Below the pieces are notes generated by a model that saw only the letters and a program-made list of their open reading frames with translations, did no database searches and had not been told where the DNA came from. This document shows positions 19,638-29,217 of a stretch of 64,000 nucleotides of DNA, in pieces. Source of the stretch: Candidatus Dojkabacteria bacterium. GTDB lineage: Bacteria > Patescibacteriota > Dojkabacteria > SC72. Each line of letters starts with the position of its first letter. Position 1 is the stretch's first letter. A program made the translations under genes and the position numbers. The stretch is from positions 1,667-65,666 of the forward strand of contig JBAYOB010000001.1 in NCBI GenBank assembly GCA_041678505.1, read 5' to 3'.

Positions 19638-20747
19638 ATGTTTTTTCTAATAATTTTCTTTTTACTTTTGTTGTCAGTAACTCCTGTTAAGGCAGATATG
19701 TTTTGTACAACCTATGATGGTGCTTTAAATGCTTTTGCTCAAACAGTGTCATTGTCAATATCAAAGCTACCTGCACAGGATGATATAGAGTATGAGGTTA
19801 CAGATGTACTTGGTTCTTCAACAGATTATGTGTTTGAGAATTATACAATTTATGATTTAACCAGTGATAATGAGCACCAACATAGATATCCGCAAGTGTT
19901 AGATAGAGTAGAGGTTCCTCCTAATACGGATGTCGATCTGGCATATTTCTATAGAAATCGTACTGGACACGATGTCAGAATATTTAAAATAGGTATGTTT
20001 TTTAGTAAAGAAGATATAGGAGATGGTGATTGGACAGGCGTATTAGATATTGAAGAATCAGGATTACCGTGGGATATGATTAATCTTCTTTACCAAGGGA
20101 AAATGCTGTATAGAGAAGGGTTCTACAAAGAGTATCAAGGGTTAGGTATTGTACCAAAAGATATGTTCAGTGCTTTTGTACTTGATACTTTGAAAGTTTC
20201 AGATCCTCTGTCTATTAAAGATTTGAAATATGAGAAAAATGGAGAACTTTTAGATTTTTCAATTACTGTGGTTAATAGTGGTAATCAAGATTTAAATAAT
20301 TTGGAATTAAAACATGAGGGCATTATTAAAGAATTTTCCATATCAGCAAAAGATGAAATCTCTCTCCAGTACAGTGTGAGTAATACTGAAAGTATCTTTA
20401 AAGAAGGTCTTTTTAAAATATATAATCCTAATAGTCGGACAGAGTGTATAATACCAGGGAATGATCATTCTAGTACAAACAGGATGAGTGTAGCGACAGT
20501 ATTTACTCTTAGAGAGCAAGGATGGGTACACGGTGCATATAAATTGCCTGAGGAACGGAGTTTCTGTATTACGAGAATACCGTACACACGTGTACATAGA
20601 TTCTCAGAGCATCAAGAAGAAAAAGAGAGTGATGCTATAGAAGATGGTGTAAAACAGGAAGAAGATGAAGTACTGAGTGAAGTGTTGGGGGTAGTAAGTG
20701 AGAGTAGAGATATTCTTACACTACCCAAAACAGGTAAAATATATTAG
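19638..20747 (+). CDS. secreted protein ending in LPKTG
   Basis: Signal peptide (VKA|D), acidic linker, EVLG..LPKTGKIY-stop. Confidence 0.65.
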   Translation: MFFLIIFFLLLLSVTPVKADMFCTTYDGALNAFAQTVSLSISKLPAQDDIEYEVTDVLGSSTDYVFENYTIYDLTSDNEHQHRYPQVLDRVEVPPNTDVDLAYFYRNRTGHDVRIFKIGMFFSKEDIGDGDWTGVLDIEESGLPWDMINLLYQGKMLYREGFYKEYQGLGIVPKDMFSAFVLDTLKVSDPLSIKDLKYEKNGELLDFSITVVNSGNQDLNNLELKHEGIIKEFSISAKDEISLQYSVSNTESIFKEGLFKIYNPNSRTECIIPGNDHSSTNRMSVATVFTLREQGWVHGAYKLPEERSFCITRIPYTRVHRFSEHQEEKESDAIEDGVKQEEDEVLSEVLGVVSESRDILTLPKTGKIY

Positions 20748-20756
20748 GATTGTAAT

Positions 20757-22181
20757 ATGAAAGTTAAGATAGTAATACCGGAATATGTACAAACAGTTGC
20801 CAGAATACTTACCAAGGAAGGTTTTGACTGCTATTTGGTAGGAGGTGCACTAAGAGATGTTGTATTAGGAAAGGAACCACATGATTATGATTTGGCGACA
20901 AGTGCCTTACCTGATGAAATGTTAAATATATTCCCTAAGTCCATATCTACAGGAGCTAAATTTGGTACCGTTATTGTACTTGTGCAGGATAGGTATAAAG
21001 AGACACATGAAGTGGAGGTGACAACCTTTAGAAGTGAGTCTGGATACATTGATGGTAGATGGCCAAATAACGTTAAATTTGTAGATGAGATAGATATGGA
21101 TTTGGGAAGAAGGGATTTTACCTTTAATGCTATGGCAATGGATCTCTCAAAGATGGATATGGATGGATCAGAGGATGAAAAGGAAGGAGAAATATATGAT
21201 CCTTTTGATGGGGTAGGAGATATTGAGAGGAAACTGGTAAGAGCTGTAGGTACACCTTTAGAAAGGTTTAAAGAGGATGGATTAAGAGCCTTTAAGGCGT
21301 GTAGGGTAGCATCACAACTGGGCTTTGAGATAGAGAAGGAAACATTTGAAGCCATTAAGGCTTCTATACCGATAGCGTCCAAAGTATCTATGGAAAGGAT
21401 TAGAGACGAATTTATGAAAATGATTTTAGACTCTCCGAAACCATCAGTAGGGATAGAATTAATGAGACAAACAGGTCTTTTAAATATATTTATACCAGAA
21501 CTTTTGGAAGGGGTAGGTGTGGAACAGAAACTTTTCCATGCTCATGATGTATATTGGCATACTCTTAAAACTTGTGATGCTGCACATGATAGTGTCAAAT
21601 TAGCTGCTCTTCTTCATGATGTTGCCAAACCTAGAACAGATATGGGCGATGGTCATTTCTATGGACATGACAGGATGGGTGCTGATTTGGCAGAAAAAAT
21701 AATGAAAAGGATGAAATTTCCTCGATCAGAAATAGAGAGAGTAAAGATATTGATAAAGAATCATATGTTTTACTTTCCTCATGTTAAAGAAGATATGACA
21801 GAAGAAGAAAAAGAGAATATTGAGTCACACAGGTGGTCTGATGCTGCTGTTAGGAGATTTATACAAAGAGTGGGAGAAGAAAATATCGATGATCTATTTA
21901 AATTAAGAATGGCAGATGCCTTGTCTAATCCAGCTACTGTCTTTAAACCTGAAGAAATAACACTGTTACAAAAAAGGATATCTGAAGTGAGAGAGCAAGA
22001 TATGGCCCTTAAGGTTACAGATTTAGATGTTTCAGGAGAAGATTTAATGAAACTGGGTATTGAGAAAGGACCTAAGTTAGGAATAATACTGAATGAATTG
22101 TTAGATATGGTGGTAGAAGATCCATTACTTAATAGTAAGGAGAAATTACTAGAGAAAGCAAAAGAGTTAGCAAAAATGTAA
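20757..22181 (+). CDS. cca: CCA tRNA nucleotidyltransferase with HD domain
   Basis: VGGALRD, DYD, EVTTFR, RRDFTFNA, EDGLR, LLHDVAKP. Confidence 0.9.
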   Translation: MKVKIVIPEYVQTVARILTKEGFDCYLVGGALRDVVLGKEPHDYDLATSALPDEMLNIFPKSISTGAKFGTVIVLVQDRYKETHEVEVTTFRSESGYIDGRWPNNVKFVDEIDMDLGRRDFTFNAMAMDLSKMDMDGSEDEKEGEIYDPFDGVGDIERKLVRAVGTPLERFKEDGLRAFKACRVASQLGFEIEKETFEAIKASIPIASKVSMERIRDEFMKMILDSPKPSVGIELMRQTGLLNIFIPELLEGVGVEQKLFHAHDVYWHTLKTCDAAHDSVKLAALLHDVAKPRTDMGDGHFYGHDRMGADLAEKIMKRMKFPRSEIERVKILIKNHMFYFPHVKEDMTEEEKENIESHRWSDAAVRRFIQRVGEENIDDLFKLRMADALSNPATVFKPEEITLLQKRISEVREQDMALKVTDLDVSGEDLMKLGIEKGPKLGIILNELLDMVVEDPLLNSKEKLLEKAKELAKM

Positions 22182-22247
22182 TATCTCTTGTCATCCATAC
22201 CCTCTATCTACTATCATGTATAAATTACCTAAAGAAAAACTGTCTAC

Positions 22248-23654
22248 ATGCGAATACAATTTTTAGGAGGTGCAAAATCAGTAACAGGTTCATGCTTTTT
22301 CATTGAAACCGATGGAATTAAAGCTCTTGTAGATTGTGGAGCTTTTCAAGGACCTGGTGATATAGAGAAAGGAAATTATGAGCCTTTTCCTTTTAATCCA
22401 GCAGATATAGATGTGATATTTTTAACTCATGCACACTATGATCATAGTGGTAGGATACCAATTTTAGTAAAACAGGGTTTTAAAGGAAGAATAATATGTA
22501 CACAACCAACTAGAGATTTAACCAAAATAATACTTTTAGATTCTGCTAATTTACAAAAAGAGGAGTATGAAAGATGGATTGCTAAGCCGAAAGGAAAGAA
22601 GGATGAAGAAGAGGAAAGATTTGTAAAACCTCTTTTTACAGAAGAGGATGTAGAGGAAAGTATGAAATATTTTGAAGTATATCCGTACGGCAATTCAGTA
22701 AATGTAAACAAATCATGTGAGTTTAGAATGAGAGACGCTGGACATATATTAGGATCTTCAATATTTGAGCTTTGGTTAAAAAATGAAGTAGGAAGGTTGA
22801 GAAAAGTGGTTTTTTCAGGAGATTTGGGACAACCAGGAGCTAGAATAGTTAACGATCCTGATTTAATAAGGGAGGCTGATTATGTGATCTGTGAGTCTAC
22901 ATATGGAAATAGACTACATAAGGATAGAAATGAAACAGTATTGGAGCTTCTTGCTGCAATTAAGAGTGCCCAAGAGACTAAGGGAAACATATTAATACCT
23001 TCATTTGCAATAGAAAGAACTCAAGAATTGCTGTATGAAATTAATCTTTTTGTAGAGAACAAACTCATTACAGATCTTCCCGTATATTTAGATAGCCCTA
23101 TGGCCTCAAAAGCTACAGAGATTTTTAGACAGTATCCTAATTTCTATGATGATGATGCTAGAAGATTGCTTAAAAAGGGAGATGACCCTTTTGAGTTTCC
23201 AGGATTACATAAGATAGAGTCTGTGGAAGAATCAATGAGATTGGCAAGTAAGAAAGGAATCGCAATTATTGCAGGTAGTGGGATGTGTACAGGAGGAAGA
23301 ATAGTACATCATTTAAAGAATAATATTGAAGATCCAACAACCCATATCATCATTGTAGGCTATCAAGTGAAAGGAACTTTGGGTAGAAAAATAGTTGATA
23401 GAGAACCTGTAGTAACAATAATGGGGGAGCAATACAAGAATAATGCTAAAGTACATTCTTTAGGAGCTTTCTCTGCACATGGAGATCAAAGAGATTTAAG
23501 ATATTGGTTAAGGAGTTTTGGCCATGCACCAAGAAAAATATTCTTAGTTCATGGAGACGAAGAGGTAATAAATGCTTTTAAAAGTAATTTAAGAGAGCAT
23601 TTTAGAACTGAAATAGTAGCTCCTAATCAGGGAGATAGTTTTAAATTAGACTAA
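22248..23654 (+). CDS. MBL-fold beta-CASP ribonuclease
   Basis: THAHYDHSG, AGHILGS, SGDLG, ESTYG, GSGMCTGGR, FSAHGD, VHGD. Confidence 0.92.
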   Translation: MRIQFLGGAKSVTGSCFFIETDGIKALVDCGAFQGPGDIEKGNYEPFPFNPADIDVIFLTHAHYDHSGRIPILVKQGFKGRIICTQPTRDLTKIILLDSANLQKEEYERWIAKPKGKKDEEEERFVKPLFTEEDVEESMKYFEVYPYGNSVNVNKSCEFRMRDAGHILGSSIFELWLKNEVGRLRKVVFSGDLGQPGARIVNDPDLIREADYVICESTYGNRLHKDRNETVLELLAAIKSAQETKGNILIPSFAIERTQELLYEINLFVENKLITDLPVYLDSPMASKATEIFRQYPNFYDDDARRLLKKGDDPFEFPGLHKIESVEESMRLASKKGIAIIAGSGMCTGGRIVHHLKNNIEDPTTHIIIVGYQVKGTLGRKIVDREPVVTIMGEQYKNNAKVHSLGAFSAHGDQRDLRYWLRSFGHAPRKIFLVHGDEEVINAFKSNLREHFRTEIVAPNQGDSFKLD

Positions 23655-23659
23655 AAAAA

Positions 23660-24610
23660 ATGATCGAGAAATATAGTGAGATAAAAAAAATATATGATGA
23701 TATAAAAAATTTGAACATTCAGGGAGCCACCAATGTTGCAATTGCGACCTTAGAAGGAATGAAGATGTATATCAATGTTAGTAATGAAAAAGAAAAGGAG
23801 CTGTTTTACAAAGAGTTGATAAAAGTAGGTAGAGAACTTTCTTTAGCCAGAGATAATGAACCAATGGCTAAAAATGGTGTAACATTTGTTGAATACTCTT
23901 TCGGACAGCTATATTCTGATTTACCAGAATTAAATACCATGAAACGAGAAGTAGATAAGCTGTGTGATCAGTTTTTGGACATGGTTGCCAAATCTAAGAA
24001 AGATTTACTAGAGAAATCCAGTAATTTCTTTGGTAATTTTACCAAAGTGTTTACACATTGCCACTCCTCAACTGCTGAGTCATTAATTATATCAATGAGC
24101 AAAGAAAAGAAGAATTTTAAAGCTGTGTGTACAGAAACAAGGCCAAAGTTACAGGGAAGGATAACTGCACAAAATCTCTTAAATGGAGGTGTGGATACAA
24201 CATTAATAGCAGATAGTGCAGCAGAGTCATTTATTATTGGAAGAGGTAGTGTTCCTGTAGAAATACTTTTCATAGGGTGTGATATGATAACTTCAGGAGG
24301 TCATACAGTTAACAAGATAGGGAGCTGGGGAATAGGGATGGCTGCCCACTATGCAGACAAGCCTATGTATGTTGTAACTCCTATCCTCAAGATGGATCCA
24401 GATTCATATATACATAATCTAAAGATAGAGATTAGAGAGTCTTCAGAGCTTTGGGAGAATGCTCCTGTCGGTTTACATATGTATAATCCTGCATTTGAAA
24501 TAGTAGATAGTAAGTTAATAACGGGATATGTCACGGAACTAGGCATTATTAGACCTAATGATATTGAGAAAGTTGCCTTACAAGCATATCCTTGGATAAT
24601 ACAAAAATAA
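23660..24610 (+). CDS. ribose-1,5-bisphosphate isomerase (eIF-2B family)
   Basis: IQGATNVA, THCHSST (catalytic Cys), ETRP, GCD, NKIGS, NPAFE; adjacent to AMP phosphorylase. Confidence 0.85.
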   Translation: MIEKYSEIKKIYDDIKNLNIQGATNVAIATLEGMKMYINVSNEKEKELFYKELIKVGRELSLARDNEPMAKNGVTFVEYSFGQLYSDLPELNTMKREVDKLCDQFLDMVAKSKKDLLEKSSNFFGNFTKVFTHCHSSTAESLIISMSKEKKNFKAVCTETRPKLQGRITAQNLLNGGVDTTLIADSAAESFIIGRGSVPVEILFIGCDMITSGGHTVNKIGSWGIGMAAHYADKPMYVVTPILKMDPDSYIHNLKIEIRESSELWENAPVGLHMYNPAFEIVDSKLITGYVTELGIIRPNDIEKVALQAYPWIIQK

Positions 24611-24628
24611 ATTAAAAAGTACAAAATT

Positions 24629-26140
24629 ATGGCGTTCTACTTGAGAAGTAAAAACTTAGATCTTGGTAAAGATAATGATTTTAATATTGTATTAAACAGA
24701 AAAGATGCTGAGAGATTAGGTGTTAGGGAAGGGGAAATAGCGTTGATTGGAGTAGGAGAGGTTGAATTGTATGCAAATGTTCTAGAAACAGATACTGAGG
24801 TTGCAGAAGGAGAGGTGGGTCTTTTTGAAGAGATCTGGAAGGAATACAATATGAAAAATGGCTATTCTATCTTTGTTGATATTCCAAGGCCAAGCGAATC
24901 TTTAGATATCATTAGTAAAAAGCTTTTAGGACGAGATTTAAGTGAAAAAGATCTTGAAATTATTATGAAAGATATAGGGGAGGGGAAATTAAGAGAGGTA
25001 GAGATAGCTTTCTTTATCTCTACTTTTTTTAATCCAGGATTTAATGATAACGAGATATATTGGATGACAAAAGGTATGGCTAATTCCGGAGATATTCTCT
25101 CTTTTAAAGGTATCAGAGAAAACGGAAATATTGTTGTAGATAAGCACTCAATAGGGGGGGTAGCTGGCAAGGCAATAACTCCTACTCTTGTTCCCATATT
25201 AGTAGCTGGAGGTTTAATAGTACCAAATAGCTCTAGTAGAGCTATTACATCTCCTGCAGGTACATCAGATATTTTAGAGGTAGTAATGCCTGTAACTTTA
25301 GCAAAAGAGAAAGTAATAGAGGTAGTTAAACAAACAGGGGGCTGTATGTTCTGGGGAGGCTCTTTAGATCTCTCTCCCGCAGATGATGTAATTATTAATG
25401 TAGAGAGATCTTTGAAGATACAGGAATTTCAAAAGGTCTTAGTTAGTATTGTTGCTAAAAAAATCTCTATGGGAATAACACATATATTGATAGATTTACC
25501 ATACGGTAAGGGTTCAAAGGTAGAAAGAGTAGATGATGTGAATATGTTAGAGAGAGAATTTAAGAAACTGTTTAAAAAATTTAACATAGAATGTGAAACC
25601 ATGAGAAGACCAATACGTAGCTTAGATGCAAGAAGTGTTGGTCCTAACTTAGAGATTAGAGAGGCCTTAAGAATACTAGAAAGAGATGAGAGGAGAAGTA
25701 GGGAGGTGGAGAAGATAGTGATAGAGATGGCGACCAGACTATTTGAGATGACTAAAAAGGTAAAGAGAGGGGAGGGTAAAAAACTTGCTCGTGAAATATT
25801 AGATTCTGGGAAAGCCTTGGACAAATTCTGGGAAATAGCTTTTGCACAAGGTGCTACTAGGAAGATACAAGCTTCAGATATTAGACCAGCTACTTTACAG
25901 TACGATCTTCTTTCTGACAGAGATGGAATTGTAAAGAGTATAAATAATGTAGAATTGGTTGTTGTATCAAGAGCTTTAGGAAATCCTAAAATAAAAGAGG
26001 CGGGTATCTATGTATATAAAACAACAGATGAAGAGGTTAAAAAAGGAGATAAGTTACTAACGATTTATGCAACTACAGAGTCAAGACTGGAAAGTGGTAG
26101 AGGGTTATTAGATATAGACAAACTTTATACTTTTAAATAG
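24629..26140 (+). CDS. AMP phosphorylase (archaeal-type thymidine phosphorylase family)
   Basis: 503 aa with extra N-terminal domain; DKHSIGGVAG, SSRAITSPAGTSD, WGGSLDLSPADD. Confidence 0.9.
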   Translation: MAFYLRSKNLDLGKDNDFNIVLNRKDAERLGVREGEIALIGVGEVELYANVLETDTEVAEGEVGLFEEIWKEYNMKNGYSIFVDIPRPSESLDIISKKLLGRDLSEKDLEIIMKDIGEGKLREVEIAFFISTFFNPGFNDNEIYWMTKGMANSGDILSFKGIRENGNIVVDKHSIGGVAGKAITPTLVPILVAGGLIVPNSSSRAITSPAGTSDILEVVMPVTLAKEKVIEVVKQTGGCMFWGGSLDLSPADDVIINVERSLKIQEFQKVLVSIVAKKISMGITHILIDLPYGKGSKVERVDDVNMLEREFKKLFKKFNIECETMRRPIRSLDARSVGPNLEIREALRILERDERRSREVEKIVIEMATRLFEMTKKVKRGEGKKLAREILDSGKALDKFWEIAFAQGATRKIQASDIRPATLQYDLLSDRDGIVKSINNVELVVVSRALGNPKIKEAGIYVYKTTDEEVKKGDKLLTIYATTESRLESGRGLLDIDKLYTFK

Positions 26141-27986
26141 TATGTTTTTTCTTCTTCTTTTCTCTAAGCTTTTTGTATATGTAAATAGAGAAAGAGATTA
26201 ATCCTATTAATAATCCAAATACAATTAAAATAGGTAAAGTTACAATGATAGCTTTCCCTAATGTTGTTGTTTTGAGTATGGTATCTCCAAGTACAGAGAT
26301 TTGCGAGAAAGAATTTTCTGGGATTTTATCCTTGTCAATTAAATCAGTATAGGAGTTGAAGTCTTTAAAATTAGGTTCATCTTCTACACCGTAAACTTTT
26401 ACAAGTAAACCTTCTGTAGTAAGTTCTTGTATATTATTTGCAGAATATATCTTTATATTAGACAGAGATTCATCATTAAAAACCTCCCATAAAACCCTAT
26501 CCACCATCTGCCCAATTTTCATGTTCTTACTTTCAAAACTTGGATCTACAGATAGCCAACCGTACTCAGGAACCCAAACCTGTACCCACTGATGTCTAAC
26601 TTGATCCTGTGTACTTGTAATATTGGTCAGATTAGCATATCCAATTGCAGCTCTAGAAGGAATACCCTGTGCCCTAAGAAGAGCAATCATTAAATCAGCA
26701 TACTCCATACATACAGAAGGACCTCCTAAAAATGCTTCCAGTGCACCAATACGTTCATTCTCGGATGTCGCTTTTGCTGAATCATACTCTAAGACTTCAT
26801 TGACAAAAGAGTAATTAGCTTTAATAATATCCATAAGAGTTTCTTTCTCCTTTGCTAGAATTTCTGCTTCTTTTTTAATTGTTTTGTCATTGCTCTGCCA
26901 ATATTTTGTAGATACAAGATACCTACTTAAATGCTTTGTCTTTTTAACATCCCCTAGATAGTCACTAAAAGAGATATCAAGTAATTCTTTGTCCTCTTCC
27001 CATTCATCTTGTTCAACAACAATATATCCGTTAATCTTAATCTTGCTTTCTTTGTTTGCAGGCACTTCAAAAAGAGCAAGAATATTCCCTTCTGTATCTT
27101 TGTGTAAACTTTTAGGTAAAGGTTTTACAGTTTCAAAAAAAACTTTCTGATTAGTTTCTGAAAACTCCCTAGGCAGAGATACTTCATATATATTTGTAGA
27201 AAGAGCTTCAAAATGTTTTGAGTAGCTCTCAGGTATGAGGTTATCTGTTTTTAAAGTTTGATACTCTAATTCAAATCTGTAAATAACAGAGGTTCCAAAC
27301 TCCAAATAGGGCGAGTTACCAATCCTATCTGTTTGAGAAAAAGTATAAAGAGTCTTCCCATTACTTTCGCTCTTTGTAAATGATGGGAAAGCTTTTGCTA
27401 AAGGTTCAATACTATCATCTACTACCATACTTAGTTGGTAATTAAACTTTGTTACTGTTCCACTTTGTTCATCTTTTTGTTCAAACACAGTATCTCTGGG
27501 AAGAGATGTACCAATAATGTTAACAAATTTACCTACCTTAACAACATAATCATGAGTTTTGTATGAAAAAACCATCTTGTACGGTGCAGATGATGTAGTA
27601 GCTCTTTCATTTGGAATAGTTACATAGATGCCTTCACCATGTTCTTTCTCTTCAAGAGAGTAATCCAAACTGTTACCCTTATCATCTTTTACAGAAATGC
27701 TTTTAGTCTTAAATAGGCGCTCTTTAGTAATATGTTCCTCAGATGCAGTAGCTATATCTGGAATATGAAAGATTTTTTCTCCAGCAGCAGGGAAGTAGAA
27801 GTCACTATTTTTAACAGTCCTAATATATTCTGTAGAGACAGTGACGTAATCTTTTCCAGTTGTGTATGATATTTCAGTTTTTGTTTCTACAAAAAAATCT
27901 TCGTCTGAAGCAAAAGTACTGTCTACAAAGAAAAAGACAGACAGTATTGAGATTAGTATAGAAAGTGTTAGTACGGATTTCTTCAT
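26133..27986 (-). CDS. secreted, membrane-anchored transglutaminase-like protein
   Basis: Signal peptide; VCMEYA, RHQWVQVW, WLSVDP Cys-His-Asp triad; C-terminal TM plus basic tail. Confidence 0.85.
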   Translation of the reverse strand: MKKSVLTLSILISILSVFFFVDSTFASDEDFFVETKTEISYTTGKDYVTVSTEYIRTVKNSDFYFPAAGEKIFHIPDIATASEEHITKERLFKTKSISVKDDKGNSLDYSLEEKEHGEGIYVTIPNERATTSSAPYKMVFSYKTHDYVVKVGKFVNIIGTSLPRDTVFEQKDEQSGTVTKFNYQLSMVVDDSIEPLAKAFPSFTKSESNGKTLYTFSQTDRIGNSPYLEFGTSVIYRFELEYQTLKTDNLIPESYSKHFEALSTNIYEVSLPREFSETNQKVFFETVKPLPKSLHKDTEGNILALFEVPANKESKIKINGYIVVEQDEWEEDKELLDISFSDYLGDVKKTKHLSRYLVSTKYWQSNDKTIKKEAEILAKEKETLMDIIKANYSFVNEVLEYDSAKATSENERIGALEAFLGGPSVCMEYADLMIALLRAQGIPSRAAIGYANLTNITSTQDQVRHQWVQVWVPEYGWLSVDPSFESKNMKIGQMVDRVLWEVFNDESLSNIKIYSANNIQELTTEGLLVKVYGVEDEPNFKDFNSYTDLIDKDKIPENSFSQISVLGDTILKTTTLGKAIIVTLPILIVFGLLIGLISFSIYIYKKLREKKKKKHTI

Positions 27987-28060
27987 TATTTATTGGCAGT
28001 TAGGTGATCTTATCTATATAGTATATATCATATTTATCTCCATTATTATATAATCCCTTT

Positions 28061-29167
28061 ATGTCAATTAAACAATCACATTCATTCTCATTGGGTATAG
28101 TAGGGCTACCTAATGTAGGGAAGTCAACAATATTTAATGTTTTAACAAAGATGTCTGTATCTGCAGAGAATTTCCCTTTCTGTACTATAGATAAGAATGT
28201 AGGTGTGGTAGAAATACCAGATGAGAGGTTAGAGAGATTATCTAAGCATTTAAAAGCAGAGAAAACTGTTCCATCTGCTATGAAGTTTGTAGATATTGCT
28301 GGCTTGGTCAAAGGAGCTTCTCAAGGAGAGGGTTTAGGGAATCAGTTTCTCTCTCATATTAGGGAGGTTGATGTAATTATGTATGTACTGAGGGCTTTTA
28401 AAAGTGAAAAAATAGTGCATGTATATGATAGAGTAGATCCAATTGATGATTTTGAAATAATCCAGTCGGAATTAATATTAAAGGATATTGAGAGTGTGGA
28501 GAAGAGGTTAGTAAATGTTAAAAAAGAGGAGAGAGTAGGGAAAGAGAAAGCTCAAAGAGAGAGAGAACTTCTAGAGAAAGTTTTAAAAAGGTTAAATGAG
28601 GGTACTTCCATTATTGACATGAACCTATCTAAAGATGAAGGTGATTTAATTCATGACTTATGGTTACTAACTAGTAAGAAGAGGTTCTTTGTATTAAATA
28701 GTAAGGTAGGTTTAGATGATAAAAGGTTGAGTGAATACAAGAGTCGATTAGAAAAAGCGACAAAAGGTACTGTTTTAATAGTGGATGTTAAATTACTCTC
28801 GGAGATGGTAGATATGAGTGAAGATAAGAGGAAGGAATATATTAGTATGCTAGATAGTGTTCCTACAACGATAGAGGAGGTTTTGAAATTTGCTTTCAAA
28901 GTATTAAATCTAATTACTTTCTATACGGGCTCTTCAAAGGAGTGTAATGCTTGGAGTATTGTAGACGGAAGTACAGTAAAGGAGGCTGCTGGTGTTATAC
29001 ATTCAGATTTAGAGAAAGGTTTTGTAACTGCAGATGTTGTAAATGTAGAACAGATGATGAAGGTTGGAGGATGGGTAGAGGCTAAAAATCATGGTATAAT
29101 AAGGAATGTTGGGAAGGAATATGTTGTAGAGGATGGAGATTATATAGTGGTTTTAGCAAATAAATAG
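28061..29167 (+). CDS. ychF: redox-regulated ATPase YchF
   Basis: GIVGLPNVGKST, NFPFCTI, DIAGLVKGASQGEGLGNQFL, TGS domain. Confidence 0.96.
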   Translation: MSIKQSHSFSLGIVGLPNVGKSTIFNVLTKMSVSAENFPFCTIDKNVGVVEIPDERLERLSKHLKAEKTVPSAMKFVDIAGLVKGASQGEGLGNQFLSHIREVDVIMYVLRAFKSEKIVHVYDRVDPIDDFEIIQSELILKDIESVEKRLVNVKKEERVGKEKAQRERELLEKVLKRLNEGTSIIDMNLSKDEGDLIHDLWLLTSKKRFFVLNSKVGLDDKRLSEYKSRLEKATKGTVLIVDVKLLSEMVDMSEDKRKEYISMLDSVPTTIEEVLKFAFKVLNLITFYTGSSKECNAWSIVDGSTVKEAAGVIHSDLEKGFVTADVVNVEQMMKVGGWVEAKNHGIIRNVGKEYVVEDGDYIVVLANK

Positions 29168-29217
29168 TGTGTATATACTGCCTTAGATACTTTATATTGT
29201 GTATTTTTTACTAAGTT

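Noticed and set aside
23660-24610. Methylthioribose-1-phosphate isomerase (mtnA) or true eIF-2B
   Set aside because: THCHSS rather than THCNAG/THCNTG, and adjacency to AMP phosphorylase favours R15P isomerase
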